Source of the DNA: an uncultured delta proteobacterium
GTDB lineage: Bacteria; Desulfobacterota; Binatia; JACPRU01
Direction: 5' to 3'
Length of the DNA stretch: 64,000 bases
NCBI GenBank assembly: GCA_963745025.1
Contig: CAVUWD010000006.1
Location: 160,001-224,000, forward strand
The notes beneath the pieces are model-generated. The model did no database searches and was not told the origin of the DNA. It saw only the letters and a program-made list of their open reading frames with translations. Positions 63,434-64,000 of this stretch are shown piece after piece. Position 1 is the first letter of the stretch. Each line of letters starts with the position of its first letter. Position numbers and translations under genes: made by a program.

Positions 63434-63661
63434 GCTAGTAATAAGAGATACTCACTGCGCTGATTGCCAGGGAACTAACACGGACCAACAGGATACCCTT
63501 GGCGTCAATCGCTGCGAGCGTCCCCTACCCCGCTCGGCTTCACGCGCTCGGAGGACGGTAGCGGCTCCCTCCCCTCTTTCTGCTACCGCAACACCATGGC
63601 GGACGTGAGTATGGTGGATCGCGTCGCCGCCACAGGATGAGATCGGCGTCCGCGGGCGCCA

Positions 63662-64000
63662 TCACGCCGCCTCCAAGGAGGCTCTTCCTTCCGCGTTGGG
63701 TGCGATCTTCCAATGCCGGTCGTGGTAAGCAGCGACCTCCGGCCGATGCGCCACCGAGATCACCGTGGTGTGCGGTAACCGCTCGGCAAGCAGCGCATAG
63801 ACGCGCTTCTCCATCTCCTCGTCGAGCGTGGAAGTCGCCTTGTCCAGGAACACCCACTCGGGCTCGTTGAGGAGCACACGCGCGATCGCGAGGCGCTGCT
63901 GCTCGTGGGGCGAGAGTTGCTGATCCCACGCCGCCGTCTCGTCCAGACGCGTCGAGAGACGATCGAGCCCGAGCAGCCGCAGCACCTCGCGGATCCGCAC
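63662..64000 (-). CDS. ABC transporter ATP-binding domain, C-terminal fragment (ABCD/YddA/BacA-like); 5' part outside the window
   Basis: WDQQLSPHEQQRLAIARVLL..P.WVFLDKATSTLD..ISVAHR. Confidence 0.8.
   Translation of the reverse strand: MRIREVLRLLGLDRLSTRLDETAAWDQQLSPHEQQRLAIARVLLNEPEWVFLDKATSTLDEEMEKRVYALLAERLPHTTVISVAHRPEVAAYHDRHWKIAPNAEGRASLEAA

Overview
GC-rich bacterial chromosome segment. The core proteins look like those of a deltaproteobacteria-like lineage, possibly Ca. Binatia (inference only). 1-29.1 kb is housekeeping: the tuf-rpmG-secE-nusG-rplKAJL-rpoBC-rpsL-rpsG-fusA cluster, rlmB, lptFG, rplM-rpsI-argC, tig-clpP-clpX-lon-HU and 12 tRNAs. clpP-clpX-lon carries many 1-nt indels that look like consensus errors. 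29.2-64 kb is accessory: three tandem GT-C glycosyltransferases with discoidin domains, a UGA-interrupted thioredoxin-fold selenoprotein, an LLM/ECH/acetone-carboxylase-like/CoA-transferase catabolic block, and a complete membrane-bound [NiFe]-hydrogenase operon with maturation genes. Main result: in the hydrogenase large subunit BOTH cysteines of the N-terminal Ni-binding motif are in-frame TGA (R-I-U-G-V-U-T-T-V-H, 55087-55098), followed by a SECIS-like hairpin. That hairpin closely resembles the one after the TGA of the selenoprotein at 38441. This predicts a di-selenocysteine hydrogenase with Se at different ligand positions from the classical [NiFeSe] enzymes.
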